64,000 nucleotides of DNA, from positions 1,568,001-1,632,000 of the forward strand of contig OZ241322.1 of the NCBI GenBank assembly GCA_965199715.1, written 5' to 3'. Both the position numbers and the translations under genes were made by a program. Positions 39,584-50,189 of this stretch are shown here, one piece after another (the stretch's first letter is position 1; every line of letters begins with the position of its first letter). Origin of the DNA: Vicinamibacteria bacterium. GTDB taxonomy: Bacteria > Acidobacteriota > Vicinamibacteria > Marinacidobacterales > Marinacidobacteraceae. The notes beneath the pieces are model-generated. The model was not told the DNA's origin. It worked only from the letters and a program-made list of their open reading frames with translations, and did not search any database.

Positions 39584-41153
39584 GCGCGATCCGCTCGCCG
39601 GACAGCGGCGGCGTGTGCGCCGGAGTCCGCCGCGCCCGGGCGCGCTGCTCGAAGGCGTAACCGAGCGCGAGGAGCCGGGGTTCGCTGAAGGCGGGGCCGA
39701 GGAAGGAGATCCCGACCGGCAGCCCGTCCCCGGTGAATCCGGCGGGAACGATCAGGTCGGGAAAGCCGCTCAGGTTGGCGAAGCGGACCGGACTCGGGCC
39801 GCCGAATCCGCCCCGGCCCGAACGCAGCGGAGGCCGGGACACCGAGGTCGGATAGACGAGCGCGTCGAGGTCGTGCTCCTCGAGCAGGCCGGTGAGGATG
39901 GCGCGGACGAGCGGCAGGCCGTGCTCCCGGACGGCGAGGTGCTCGGCGTCGGTGACCGAACCGCTCGCGTTCTCGCGCAGGAACAGGCTCCAGCGGCCCG
40001 GGTTGGGCGTGAGCCCGTCGCCGGGCGCGGTGAGTTCGCGGGACCGCTCCACGATCTCGTCGAGCGTGCGCGGGTGGCCGGGGCCGAGCGTCGCGAGGTA
40101 ATTCTCGATCTGGGCGCGGAACTCGGGCCACCGGACCGCCGTGTAGAAGTCGTCCTCGATCTCGAGCAGCCATCCGGGAAGACGCGCCTCGACGACCGCG
40201 GCGCCGGCCCGCTCCATCGTCGCGACCGCGGCCTCGACCACCCAGTCCACCTCCGGATCGACCCCCGCGAAGTCGCGGAGGATCCCGAGGCGGGCTCCCG
40301 AGAGCGCGTCCGCGTCGAGGAACCGCGAATAGTCGGCGTGGCTCATGCCCTCGCTCGCGGAAGTGGCCGGGTCCGCCGGATCCACGCCGGTCATGACTCC
40401 GAGCGCGAGCGCCACGTCGGCCACGTTCCGCGCCATCGGGCCGCCGGTGTCGAACGAAAGCGCGAGCGGGACGACGCCGTCGCGGGAGAGGAGTCCGAGC
40501 GTGGGTTTGAGCCCCGCCACGCCGTTGGCCGTCGAGGGGCCGCGCACCGAGCCGCCGGTGTCGGTGCCGAGCCCCATGAAGGCGTAGCCCGCGGCGATCG
40601 CGGCGCCGGTGCCGCCGGACGAGCCCGACGGGCTGCGGGCCGGATCGTGCGGGTTGCGGGTCACGCCGCCGAGCGAGCTCATCGCGCCGCCCGACGCGAA
40701 CTCGCTCATGTTCACCTTGGCGATCACGATCGCGCCGGCCTCGCGCAGCCTCCGCACCACGAAGGCGTCGTCCGGGGGAACCGAGTCGGCCAGCAGGAAG
40801 GAGCCGGCCGTCGTGGGCATGTCGGCGGTGTCGAAGTTGTCCTTCAACACGATGGGAATGCCGTGGAGCGGCGACCGTGGGCCGGACTCCGCCCGTTCCC
40901 GGTCGAGCGCCCGCGCGCGCTCCGTCGCCCGCGGGTTGACCGCGATGACGGCGTTGATCCGCGGCCCCTCGTCGTCGTAGGCGGAGATCCGCGCGAGGCA
41001 GAGCTCCACCAGACGCTCCGACGTCACCGCGCCGGAGTCCAGCGCCGCGGCGAAGTCCGCGATCGTGCCCGAGGTCAGCTCCAGCGAGTCCTGGGCGGCC
41101 AACGGAGCCGCCGGAAGAAGGGCGAGGAGCAGGCGGAGCAGGAACGGTCGCAT
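39564..41153 (-). CDS. Secreted amidase signature family protein
   Basis: Signal peptide; LKDN, SGSSGG, GTDTGGSVR. Confidence 0.92.
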   Translation of the reverse strand: MRPFLLRLLLALLPAAPLAAQDSLELTSGTIADFAAALDSGAVTSERLVELCLARISAYDDEGPRINAVIAVNPRATERARALDRERAESGPRSPLHGIPIVLKDNFDTADMPTTAGSFLLADSVPPDDAFVVRRLREAGAIVIAKVNMSEFASGGAMSSLGGVTRNPHDPARSPSGSSGGTGAAIAAGYAFMGLGTDTGGSVRGPSTANGVAGLKPTLGLLSRDGVVPLALSFDTGGPMARNVADVALALGVMTGVDPADPATSASEGMSHADYSRFLDADALSGARLGILRDFAGVDPEVDWVVEAAVATMERAGAAVVEARLPGWLLEIEDDFYTAVRWPEFRAQIENYLATLGPGHPRTLDEIVERSRELTAPGDGLTPNPGRWSLFLRENASGSVTDAEHLAVREHGLPLVRAILTGLLEEHDLDALVYPTSVSRPPLRSGRGGFGGPSPVRFANLSGFPDLIVPAGFTGDGLPVGISFLGPAFSEPRLLALGYAFEQRARARRTPAHTPPLSGERIALTPGPE

Positions 41154-41217
41154 GGGCGCCGGATGCTATCCGCCGGGTGCGAGGCCCGCCGGAAGCGAGC
41201 CGCGCGAAGCGTTCGGG

Positions 41218-42264
41218 TCAGCTAGCCGCCCGGACCTCCATGTCCGCCTTGAGGTGGCCGAGATCGGTCCGCAACCGGATGAGGGCCTCGTTCTCCAACT
41301 GGCGCACCCGCTCCCGGGTGACCGAGAGCTCGCGCCCGATCTCCTCGAGGTTGGCCTCGGTCCCGTCCTTCATCCCGAACCGCTTGGTCAGCACGAGCCG
41401 CAGCCGGTCCGGAAGCCGCTCGATGGCCTCTCGCACGTGCCGGCGCCGCTCGGCGGTGGACACGTCGTCGATCGGGTTGAGCTGCTTCGGATCCGGCGTC
41501 AGCGCGACCCGCAGCGTGCCGTCGGGAACCACGGGCGCGTCGAGGGAGTCGATCTGGGGCACCGAACGAAGGGTGTCCTCAAGTCGATCCTGCGGCACGC
41601 CGATCTCGCGGGCGACGTCCGCGGTGGTCGGGGTCAGCCGCTTGCCGCGGCGGCTCGGGTCGTTCTGGTAGCGCTGCTCCAGCTCGGCGTACACCTTGGC
41701 CGCCTTGCGGTGCAGGTCCAGCTTGTTGATCGGCACCTTGATCGTGCGCGACTTCTGCGAGAGCGCGCGCCAGATCGCCTGCCGGATCCACCACGTGGCG
41801 TACGTGGAGAACTTCAGGTTCCGCTCCGGCTCGAACTTCCGGACCGCCTGCATGAGGCCGATGTTCCCCTCCTGGATCAGATCGCCGAGGGGCAGCCCGA
41901 GGTGCCGGTACTGCTTGGCGATGGAGATCACGAGGCGCAGGTTGCCCTCGATCATCCGGCGCCGGTTCTCGTAGAACGTCTCCTCGCTGTCGGGAGCCGG
42001 AACGTCCGCGGATGTCTGGTCGGCCGAGGCCTTCCGCATGGCGCGGCTGTACTTCTGCTCGTCGTTCTTGGTCAGGAGACGGTGCCGGTGGGTCTCGCGC
42101 AGGTAGAGCCCCATGGAGTCGAGATCCCCCGTCTGGTGGTTGTCCGGGCCGAAGGCGATCCCGTCAACGGGAGCCTCCGGTTCCTCGGCCTCGACATCTT
42201 CTTCCTCTTCCTCGGTCTCGAACTCCTCGTGGAATTCGATGGTCTCGTATTCGGCGTTCTCCAC
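41218..42264 (-). CDS. Sigma-70 family factor (RpoD/RpoS-like, no region 1.1)
   Basis: SD GGAGG; [42 protein letters not shown]. Confidence 0.92.
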   Translation of the reverse strand: MENAEYETIEFHEEFETEEEEEDVEAEEPEAPVDGIAFGPDNHQTGDLDSMGLYLRETHRHRLLTKNDEQKYSRAMRKASADQTSADVPAPDSEETFYENRRRMIEGNLRLVISIAKQYRHLGLPLGDLIQEGNIGLMQAVRKFEPERNLKFSTYATWWIRQAIWRALSQKSRTIKVPINKLDLHRKAAKVYAELEQRYQNDPSRRGKRLTPTTADVAREIGVPQDRLEDTLRSVPQIDSLDAPVVPDGTLRVALTPDPKQLNPIDDVSTAERRRHVREAIERLPDRLRLVLTKRFGMKDGTEANLEEIGRELSVTRERVRQLENEALIRLRTDLGHLKADMEVRAAS

Positions 42265-42437
42265 TTTTCTTCCTCCTGTGGTTTTTCGAATCTGAAGTTC
42301 CGGGCGAACAAGCAAGAACAATGCCGTCCGGTCGCGGTGAAGAACCCGGCGCGGCGCAAGGCGCGGGTCTCGGCGATCAGTGCGTTAACGACGCGACCGA
42401 GCCGATAGTTCCCTCGGTCCGGGGATTCGCAGGAGAC

Positions 42438-43076
42438 TTAGCGGGCGTCCGGCTCTTCGGACAAATGCATCCGCAGTATAGCGCGCTCGGTCTGGAGCTC
42501 CTCCACCCAGTCGCCGATCCGCTGGTTCAAGTCCCTTTCCTCGAGCGTGCGGCGGATGAGCCGGGCCACTTCGGGGGGCGGCGTCTCGTTCGCGTCGTCC
42601 AGGTCCGGCCGGAGGACGGTCCGGTAGTACTCCTCGATCGCGCGCTGCGGAACCTGCACGAGCGGGCGGAAGCGCCGCTCCAGATAGCGGTCCACGACCA
42701 GCTCCCGCTCGATCCGCTTGCGCAGGTAGTCCTCGCGGATTCCGAGGCGGAGCAACGTGTCCCGGTACTCGGCCTCGCCGGGGAAGCGGTCGCGGAGGCT
42801 CGCCAGAGTCACCTCGACCTCGTCGGGGGGAATCGGCCCCATCGGATACCGGCGGGCTTCGGCCTCCATCAACCGCGCCTCGATCAGGGTCTCGACCGCC
42901 TCGCCGAGCGTGGGCGGGGGCGAGAGATGCGGCTGGAGCGCCATCGTCTCCCTCGCTTCGGACAGCGTGATCGGCTGGCCGTCCACGACCGCGACCACCC
43001 GGTCGCGCACCTCCTGGGCGAAGCCGCCCGAAGGCGGCAGGGCGAGCGCGAGCGCGAGAACCGCCTCAGAACGCAT
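42438..43076 (-). CDS. SurA N-terminal-like periplasmic chaperone
   Basis: Signal, DRVVAVVDGQPITLSE, LIEARL; next to Omp85 gene. Confidence 0.75.
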   Translation of the reverse strand: MRSEAVLALALALPPSGGFAQEVRDRVVAVVDGQPITLSEARETMALQPHLSPPPTLGEAVETLIEARLMEAEARRYPMGPIPPDEVEVTLASLRDRFPGEAEYRDTLLRLGIREDYLRKRIERELVVDRYLERRFRPLVQVPQRAIEEYYRTVLRPDLDDANETPPPEVARLIRRTLEERDLNQRIGDWVEELQTERAILRMHLSEEPDAR

Positions 43077-45786
43077 GGCCGATCGTGAAGTGCCACTGGC
43101 CCCGGGAATCGTCGCCGACGTCCCCGAGGCGGAATCCGTAGTCGAAGCGGACCGGGCCGAGCGGCGTGTCCCAGCGCACGCCCACGCCGGCGCTGTGCCC
43201 GACATCTTCGAACCCGAGGCGGCGGACGCGCGTGTACACGCCGCCGTGATCGCTGAAGATCGCCCCCGAGAAGCTCCCGAACAGGCCGATCCGCGCCTCG
43301 AGGTTCGCCACGACCAGCATGTTGCCGCCGAGCGGATAGCCGCCCTCGTTGAGCGGGCCGGCGCGGTCCAGCGGGAAGCCGCGCAGCGTCGTGGCGCCGC
43401 CGGCGAAGAACCGCTCGGTGATGGGCACGAGCTCGGGCCCCTCGTCGTCGAGCGTCGCGGCGAACCCGACCCGGCCGCCGGCGGCCAGCACCACGCGCGA
43501 CGACAGCGGGAAGTAGAGGAATTGCTGCCCCAGCGCCTTGACGAACGGTGCCCGGGAGCCGAGCTGCGCCGAGGACCACGCCACGTCCACGATCCCGAAC
43601 CGGCCCCGGCGCGGGGAGACCGGGTCGTCCCGGGTATCGACCACCATCGAGGCCGACACCGTGGACAGCCAGAGGTTCTCGGCGAAATCGCGGTCGATCT
43701 CGTCGGGGTCGATCTTCAGGTCCCACAACTCGCTGCGCGTGAAGTCGTGGCGCAGGATGAGGTTGCGCCCGAACACCCGGCGAGTGAGCTGGACGCCCGC
43801 GCCGTAGCGCAGGAAGTCGAAGCTCTCCCGGTCCTGGGACTCGCGGTAGGCGCTCGCGAAGATCGGGACTTCACGGTCGAAGCCCTCCGCGCCCCGGTAC
43901 GTGGCGATGAAGCGGGTGCCCCTCAGCGAGACCCGCGCGAACATGCTGAGCGTGTGGTATCGCCCGAAGAGGTTGCTCCGGGTCCACTCCCCCTCGGCGC
44001 GGGCCCGTTCCCGCTGGCTGAAACCGGCGCCGTAGCCGATGCGGTTCCGGGGCGCCTCGGCGACCCGCACCAGCACGTTCCGCTGGCTCACCGGCTCTTC
44101 GGGCTCCAGCAGCTCCACGTCCACTTCGGAAAACGCCCCGGTGGCCAGAATCCGGCGGCGCGTCTCCAGCAGCGCCTCGCCGGAGAGCGGATCGCCCTCT
44201 CCGAGCGCGATGCGGTCGCGGATGCGGTCGCTCCGCGTGACTTCCGCCCCGGCCACGATGATCTGGCCCACCGAGAGGAACTCGCCCTCCACCACCACGA
44301 AGCGCACGTCCGCTTGGTGGGACTCGGCATGGACCGGCGCCTCGACGGCGACGCTCGCCTCGAGGAACCCGCGCTCCCGGTACCACGCCTGGAGCGTCTC
44401 CCGCGCCGCGACGACGCTCTCGGCGACGAACGGGTCGCCGGGGCGCAGCGGCGCGACCGCCTCGAGCTCCCCGGTCTCGTGGCGCGCGTTGCCCTCGAAT
44501 CCGATCGAGCCGATGCGGGCGAGCGGGCCCGGCCGCACTTCCGCCGTCAGCCGCAGCGTGCCCGGGACGCCCGCAGGCTCCGTCCGCCCGGCGACCTCGG
44601 CCCGGAAATGCCCCGCCCGCCGCAAGGTCAGCCGCAGCGAGTCGAGCGCCGCGTCCCACGCGATCTCCCGGAACGGTTCGCCGTCGCCCAGCGGCTCGAC
44701 CGCGGCGAACAGTTCGGCCCGAAGCGCCGGCGGGGCCCCGGAGAGCTCGACCCCCGCGACCGAGAAGCGCTCTCCCGCAGCGGCCAGAAAGCGCACGCGC
44801 AGGCTCCCCCCGTCCCTGGACGGTTCCTCGACGACCTCCACGACGGCGTCCCGGAATCCCGCGTTCCGAAGCCCGGCGGCGAGGTCCTGGCGCGCCGCCT
44901 CCAGCGCGTCGGCGTCGAGACGGTTGGCCTCGAGCCGCCGCCGGACGTCGCCGGCGCCGCCGTGGTCGTCGGGAAATCCCTCGAACAGCAGCTCCACGAC
45001 CGGCCCGGCCTCGACCCGGAGCACGACGTCGAGCCGGGGGCCCTCGTCCCGGACCAGCTCGTAGTCGGCGACCGCGAAGAGGAACCCGCGCTCCCGCAGC
45101 GCGCGCTCCGCGTCGGCGATTCCGGCCTCGAACTCCGACTCGGAAATCGGCCGCCCCGGAAGGGCGCCGAGTTCCCGCTGGAGGCGGGTCGCGAGCGTCC
45201 CGTCGACCCCTTCGGCCCGAAACGACCGCACCGCGTCGCGCGGCCCCGGCCTCGCGAGAACATGGGCCCGAGCCCCGCCCGGGGCCGGTTCGGCGCGCAC
45301 CTCGACGATCGCCTCGAACCAGCCCTCCTCCCGCAGGTACTCCTCGGCCGCCTGCCGGCGCAGCGGCAGGTCGGTCGGAACGTCCCCGGGTTCGAGGTCG
45401 ATGATCCCGGCGAGCGCGTCAAGATGCCCCGCCGGCGCGCCGCGCACCGAGAGCGACTGGATCCGCAGCCGCGGCGCGAGCTCGAAGCGCAGCCGCGCGT
45501 CGCCCTCCGGCGTCCGGCTGACGAGGGCGCGGACGTCCTCGAACCGGCCCAGCGCGAAGAGCTGCTTGATGGACTGTCGCACCCGGATCGCGCGGTAGCC
45601 GTCCCCGGCGGACACGGCGAGCAGGCGCCGCGCCGCTTCGGGGATCGGCTCCTGGCTGCCGTCCGCCCAGGCCACCTCGACCTCCGCGATGGGGACGCCC
45701 TCGAGCGCGGGCGGCTGCGCGGGCGCGGCCCCCGAAGCGAGCAGCGGGAAGAGCCCGGCGGCTGCCCACCGGCGCGCGCCGGCCAG
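43066..45786 (-). CDS. Omp85 (TamA/BamA-like) outer membrane protein
   Basis: POTRA-like repeats, ERFFAGGATTLRGF, TPLGPVRFDYG, C-terminal F; signal peptide upstream of GTG45675 implies CTG start. Confidence 0.88.
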   Translation of the reverse strand: MAGARRWAAAGLFPLLASGAAPAQPPALEGVPIAEVEVAWADGSQEPIPEAARRLLAVSAGDGYRAIRVRQSIKQLFALGRFEDVRALVSRTPEGDARLRFELAPRLRIQSLSVRGAPAGHLDALAGIIDLEPGDVPTDLPLRRQAAEEYLREEGWFEAIVEVRAEPAPGGARAHVLARPGPRDAVRSFRAEGVDGTLATRLQRELGALPGRPISESEFEAGIADAERALRERGFLFAVADYELVRDEGPRLDVVLRVEAGPVVELLFEGFPDDHGGAGDVRRRLEANRLDADALEAARQDLAAGLRNAGFRDAVVEVVEEPSRDGGSLRVRFLAAAGERFSVAGVELSGAPPALRAELFAAVEPLGDGEPFREIAWDAALDSLRLTLRRAGHFRAEVAGRTEPAGVPGTLRLTAEVRPGPLARIGSIGFEGNARHETGELEAVAPLRPGDPFVAESVVAARETLQAWYRERGFLEASVAVEAPVHAESHQADVRFVVVEGEFLSVGQIIVAGAEVTRSDRIRDRIALGEGDPLSGEALLETRRRILATGAFSEVDVELLEPEEPVSQRNVLVRVAEAPRNRIGYGAGFSQRERARAEGEWTRSNLFGRYHTLSMFARVSLRGTRFIATYRGAEGFDREVPIFASAYRESQDRESFDFLRYGAGVQLTRRVFGRNLILRHDFTRSELWDLKIDPDEIDRDFAENLWLSTVSASMVVDTRDDPVSPRRGRFGIVDVAWSSAQLGSRAPFVKALGQQFLYFPLSSRVVLAAGGRVGFAATLDDEGPELVPITERFFAGGATTLRGFPLDRAGPLNEGGYPLGGNMLVVANLEARIGLFGSFSGAIFSDHGGVYTRVRRLGFEDVGHSAGVGVRWDTPLGPVRFDYGFRLGDVGDDSRGQWHFTIGHAF

Positions 45787-45787
45787 T

Positions 45788-48700
45788 TCAGAAACTCCGG
45801 TGGAAACGCACGTCCACTCCGAGCGAGCCGTCCTGGTCGCGGGACAGGATCCACGACACCGGGCCCTCGGGCGTGTATTCCACGATGATGATGGCCTCGT
45901 CGGTCTCGGAGAAACTGGAGGAATAGCGCACGCTCAGATCGCGGGAGACCTGCTTTCCGAGGGTGACCCGCGCGGTCGGGTCGCCGAAGCGCCCGATCAG
46001 GAAGGGATCCACGCTGACCCGGTCGATCCCGAAGACGCGGCCGGCGCGGCGCCCGAGCGACCCGCTGAGGGTCTGGGTGAGGAGCGACGCCGCCGACGCC
46101 GCCGCGACCTCGTCGTCGGCGCGGGCGGTCAGGAGGTCCTCCTCCGGAGCGCCGGCGAGGAGCCGGAGGATGTCGGCCTCGCGCAGCGGCGGATCGGAGC
46201 TCAGGTTGGCCTCGATCTGCTCGGTCGTTCCCGACGCCCGCAGGCGCACCCGGTAGCTGCGCACGATCGACTCGGCCTCGAGGTCGAAGACCGGCTCGAT
46301 CCCGGACGGGTCCACGAAGTCGGCCCGCCCGCCGACCACCCCGAACCGGTTCGCGCCGAAGAACACCTCCCCGCCGACGAGGTCCGCCCGGCCGAGCACC
46401 GCCGGCGCGAGCGCCGTCCCGCGCAGGTCGAGCCCCGCCGCCGCCTCCAGCCGGAAGATGGAGTTGCGCACCTCGAAGGGGGCGTCGGTCTCGACCCGCA
46501 CGTCCAGCCGCAGCGCTCCCAGGGCGCCCTCGCCTTCGGGAGCGTCCTGGCGGGAGACCGAGTTCACGTCGGCGAAGATGTTGGAGAACAGCTCGTACTC
46601 GCGGCTCCAGACGGCCTCGTCGAGGCGCACCTCGCCGGACAGCAGCCGCCCGTCGGGATCGCCCACGACGCTCAGGTCGGCGTCCACGGTGGCCGCCAGA
46701 TCGCGGGGGTAGCGGATGCGGGCGCCCGAGAGCTGCACGCGCAGATCGGTGGCCCCGACCTCGAACCCGTCGAGCGAGACCGTGCCCGACACGATCGTCG
46801 GCCCGGACGCGATCTCGCCGGCGAGCTCCGCCACCCGCACCGCGTTGGGGTCGAAGACGACGCCGCCCTCGATGTTGCGGAACGTGTGGGGGAATCCCTC
46901 GACGCCCACGCTGCCGGCGCGGATGAACCCGCGGCCGAGGACTTCGGGAGCGTCCCACGGCCCCCGCACCTCGGCCTCCACGCCGAAGTCCCCCTCGAAC
47001 GAGAGGCCCGACGTGAAGTTCTCGAGCACGGCCAGCGAGACGTTCCCGTCCAGCGCGAAGTCGAGCAGCGTGTCGGCGAGGCCGACGGTCCCCGAAAGCC
47101 GCAGCCGATCGTCGCCCTGCGCCGCCTCGAAGCCCTCGACCGTCACCCGGGCGTCGGCGATCGAGATGCGCGTCGGACCGGTGGAATCGACCGCGAGCCC
47201 GGGCGCGACGACGCGGAACCGGGTCAGCTCGCCCGCGCCGGTCATCCACTCGTCATGGGGGTTCTCGAGGTGGAAGGCCCCGCCGCCCGCGACCACGGCC
47301 TCGATCCCGCGCTCCCCGGCGTCGGGAAACAGGAGCGACGCGATATCGACCCCCGCGATCTCGACCTCGCCCTGCCCGTCGAGGCCGAGCGGCACCGTCC
47401 CCCAGACGTCGAACCGGGCTGCGCCGGAGTCCAGCGCGCCGTCCCCCACGTAGGTCTCGCCCTCGACCCGTCCGTGGATGTCCCCCGGGCCGAGCGAGAG
47501 GCCGAGCACCGCCGCGTCGGGGATCCGCGCCCGCAGATCCAGCACCGGGACGAGGAGGTCGCCGCCGATGTCGAGCTCGAAGTCCGACCGGATGGAGATC
47601 CACTCGGGCGCCAGCCCCGGAGTCAGCGGATAGTCGGAGCCGACGAGCGCGCCCTCCATCTCCCACTCGACTAGGCCGATCCGCAAGTCGCCGGACGCGA
47701 CGCCGCCCCGGAACGTGCCCCCCATCGGGGAAAGGTGCGCCGAATCCCCGTCGAGGCTCCATTCCACCCGAACATCGTCGAAGGGCTGCTCCATCAGCGC
47801 GCCGTCCATCCCGGTCACCCAGCCGCCGCCGAAGTAGCGCTCGTCCTGCCGCACGGTCTGGCTCTCGCCGCTGACGACGCCCTCGGCGACGAGATCCCAC
47901 TCGAGGAACGTGATGATCTCGGCGGCGTCCCACGCCTCCCACGAGGCGTCGAAATCCATGTCCGGATAGAGCTCCGGGCCGCGGGCGAAGTCTCCCGATG
48001 CGGTGATCCGGCCCTCCCCGGCGCGGGCGTTCAGGGTCTCGAGCCGCATGGAATCCCGGCCCACCGATCCGGTGGCGACGAGCGTGTCGGTCTGGATGCC
48101 CGAGAACCGCATCCCCCGGCCCTCCACCTCGCCGGCGAGCACGATGTCCGGCCACTGGCCGGTCACCCTTCCTTCGACCGCGCCGCCGCCGGCCACGTCC
48201 CAGAGCGTGGTCTCCGGCGCCTCGCCCCAGATCACCCGGCGGAACTCCTGCTGGACCCGGTCGGCCTCGGCCGAGTCGCCGGCGAACCCGGTGACCGAAA
48301 CGTCGGCGCCGCCCGCCCGTCGGTACGCGCCGAGGCCCTGCGCCTGGAACGCGGCCCCCTCCACCGACAGCGCGTGGATCGAGGTGGCCGCGTCGTCCAT
48401 GGTCAGCTCGACCCCGAGCGCGATCGGGAGCAGGTCGCTCTCGACGCCGACCTCGTCCGGAGGCGCCGGACGCGCGCCGCGCGCCCGGATCGTCCCGGTC
48501 ATGGCGAGCGGGTCCGAAAACGGCATCCGCAGGTCCGCCGCCACGTCGAGCGCGGACTCGAGCGTCGTCGGGAGACCGAAGACCCCGCCGAGCGCCGAGG
48601 CGAGCGAGCCGCTTTCGAGATTCAGCGCGATCGCAGCCGGGTTCTCCTCCCGGGGCTGGACCTGGAGCAGCCGCAGCCCGGCGCGCCCGCCCGCGAGGAC

Positions 48701-49705
48701 GCCGGCGGAGGAGAGGATCTCGATGCGTTCCGGATCCCAGTGCAGGACGCCGCTCCAGTCCGCGAGCGGGATGCCGTAGAAGCGCCCGCCGGGAAGGGTG
48801 AAGTCCCCGTCCACGACGAACCCCACGTCCTCGAAACGGCCCGTGCCGTCCAGCCGGAACCACGACTCGCCCTCGGTCTCGAGGCCCTCGAACTCGAACA
48901 GGAAGCGCCCGAGGCCGCCGGCGTCGCCGCCCCCGACGAGGCGGAGCGGGCCGGAGAGGTCGTCCGCCAGGTCCAGCGCGCCGTCGAGGGTCGCCTCCAG
49001 CAGGTCGGCCTCGAGGTGGAGGCGGTCCACGTGGAGCAGGTTCTCCCGGAGCCTGAGCTCCGCCTGGACCTGCATGGCGAGATCGGGCCGCTCCCAGAGG
49101 CGGATGGCGCCGACGCCGAACCGCGCGGTCGCGTCCACCCCGCCCCCGTCCACGGGGCGTACGTCCAGCGCGAGGCCGTCCACCCGCAATTCCCACGGCG
49201 TCGGGCGGTTGCGGTATCCGATCGTGGTGCCGGAGATCTCGACCTGATCCGAGGTGAACGCGAGACGGTCGGCGAGCCCGCCGAGCAACGGATCCGCCGG
49301 CGCGTCCCGCTCGGGCGGCGGGACGCCCCCGTCGTCCAGTCCGCGCATGCCCAGTCCCTCGATCCGCAACTGGTTCAGCTCGAAGCGCGCCGGGAGCAGG
49401 GACCCCCAGCCGAACGCGCCCTCGATGCGCTCCACGGCATAGACCGGAGGGGCCGGGCCGAACGGCGAGGGATCGCGCCCCGCCTGAAGCCCCTCCACGA
49501 CGAAGCGACCGCTGAAGGGATCGAACTCGACGTCCCACGCGGCGAGCGGCATGTCGAGCGTCGTCGAGAGCCGCTCGAGCGCGAGCCGGGCGAGCCGCTC
49601 GGGCGCGAGCAGCGGAAGCGCCCGGAACGCGACGAAGGCCCCGGTGAGAACGACGGCCAACGCGACCGCGACGAAGACGAGGGTCCGGCGGCGGGAAACA
49701 GTCAA
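45788..49705 (-). CDS. tamB: TamB/AsmA-like translocation and assembly module protein
   Basis: 1305 aa, N-terminal TM, beta-rich, C-terminal LSSDPPL...DILRLL...VTLGKQ; precedes Omp85. Confidence 0.85.
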   Translation of the reverse strand: MTVSRRRTLVFVAVALAVVLTGAFVAFRALPLLAPERLARLALERLSTTLDMPLAAWDVEFDPFSGRFVVEGLQAGRDPSPFGPAPPVYAVERIEGAFGWGSLLPARFELNQLRIEGLGMRGLDDGGVPPPERDAPADPLLGGLADRLAFTSDQVEISGTTIGYRNRPTPWELRVDGLALDVRPVDGGGVDATARFGVGAIRLWERPDLAMQVQAELRLRENLLHVDRLHLEADLLEATLDGALDLADDLSGPLRLVGGGDAGGLGRFLFEFEGLETEGESWFRLDGTGRFEDVGFVVDGDFTLPGGRFYGIPLADWSGVLHWDPERIEILSSAGVLAGGRAGLRLLQVQPREENPAAIALNLESGSLASALGGVFGLPTTLESALDVAADLRMPFSDPLAMTGTIRARGARPAPPDEVGVESDLLPIALGVELTMDDAATSIHALSVEGAAFQAQGLGAYRRAGGADVSVTGFAGDSAEADRVQQEFRRVIWGEAPETTLWDVAGGGAVEGRVTGQWPDIVLAGEVEGRGMRFSGIQTDTLVATGSVGRDSMRLETLNARAGEGRITASGDFARGPELYPDMDFDASWEAWDAAEIITFLEWDLVAEGVVSGESQTVRQDERYFGGGWVTGMDGALMEQPFDDVRVEWSLDGDSAHLSPMGGTFRGGVASGDLRIGLVEWEMEGALVGSDYPLTPGLAPEWISIRSDFELDIGGDLLVPVLDLRARIPDAAVLGLSLGPGDIHGRVEGETYVGDGALDSGAARFDVWGTVPLGLDGQGEVEIAGVDIASLLFPDAGERGIEAVVAGGGAFHLENPHDEWMTGAGELTRFRVVAPGLAVDSTGPTRISIADARVTVEGFEAAQGDDRLRLSGTVGLADTLLDFALDGNVSLAVLENFTSGLSFEGDFGVEAEVRGPWDAPEVLGRGFIRAGSVGVEGFPHTFRNIEGGVVFDPNAVRVAELAGEIASGPTIVSGTVSLDGFEVGATDLRVQLSGARIRYPRDLAATVDADLSVVGDPDGRLLSGEVRLDEAVWSREYELFSNIFADVNSVSRQDAPEGEGALGALRLDVRVETDAPFEVRNSIFRLEAAAGLDLRGTALAPAVLGRADLVGGEVFFGANRFGVVGGRADFVDPSGIEPVFDLEAESIVRSYRVRLRASGTTEQIEANLSSDPPLREADILRLLAGAPEEDLLTARADDEVAAASAASLLTQTLSGSLGRRAGRVFGIDRVSVDPFLIGRFGDPTARVTLGKQVSRDLSVRYSSSFSETDEAIIIVEYTPEGPVSWILSRDQDGSLGVDVRFHRSF

Positions 49706-50187
49706 GAGGCCGGCTCCACCACGAAAAGAAGCTCACCGCCCTGAAGCGGCGATCCCTCGGCGACGCTCAACCCGGCCACGACGCCCCCAGCGGGGGCGCG
49801 CACCTCGTTTTGCATCTTCATCGCCTCGTACACCAGAACGCCTTGTCCCTCCTCGACCCGGTCCCCGTTCCCAAGCAGGATGCGCACCACCTTGCCCGGC
49901 ATCGGCGGCCGAACCTCGACGCGGCCCGAGGCACCCGAGCGACCGCCCCCGAATCCGGGGCGGCGGAGCCCGAACGAGAACCGCTCGCGCCCGATCTCGA
50001 CCGCGATCTCCCCGCCGCGCCGGGTGACGACGGCCTCGCGCGTCCGGCGTCCCCGGGTCACGAGCAGCGTCTGGCCGAGCCGGGCCGCCCGGATGGGCTC
50101 CCCGTCGACGCGCACCCGGGTCGCGTCGCCTTCGCGCTCCGCCTCGACCGGGTGGGCGGCGCCGTCGGCGTAGAGGATGCGGCGCAC
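49702..50187 (-). CDS. Biotin carboxyl carrier protein
   Basis: PMPGKV...EAMKMQNE. Confidence 0.9.
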   Translation of the reverse strand: MRRILYADGAAHPVEAEREGDATRVRVDGEPIRAARLGQTLLVTRGRRTREAVVTRRGGEIAVEIGRERFSFGLRRPGFGGGRSGASGRVEVRPPMPGKVVRILLGNGDRVEEGQGVLVYEAMKMQNEVRAPAGGVVAGLSVAEGSPLQGGELLFVVEPAS

Positions 50188-50189
50188 GC

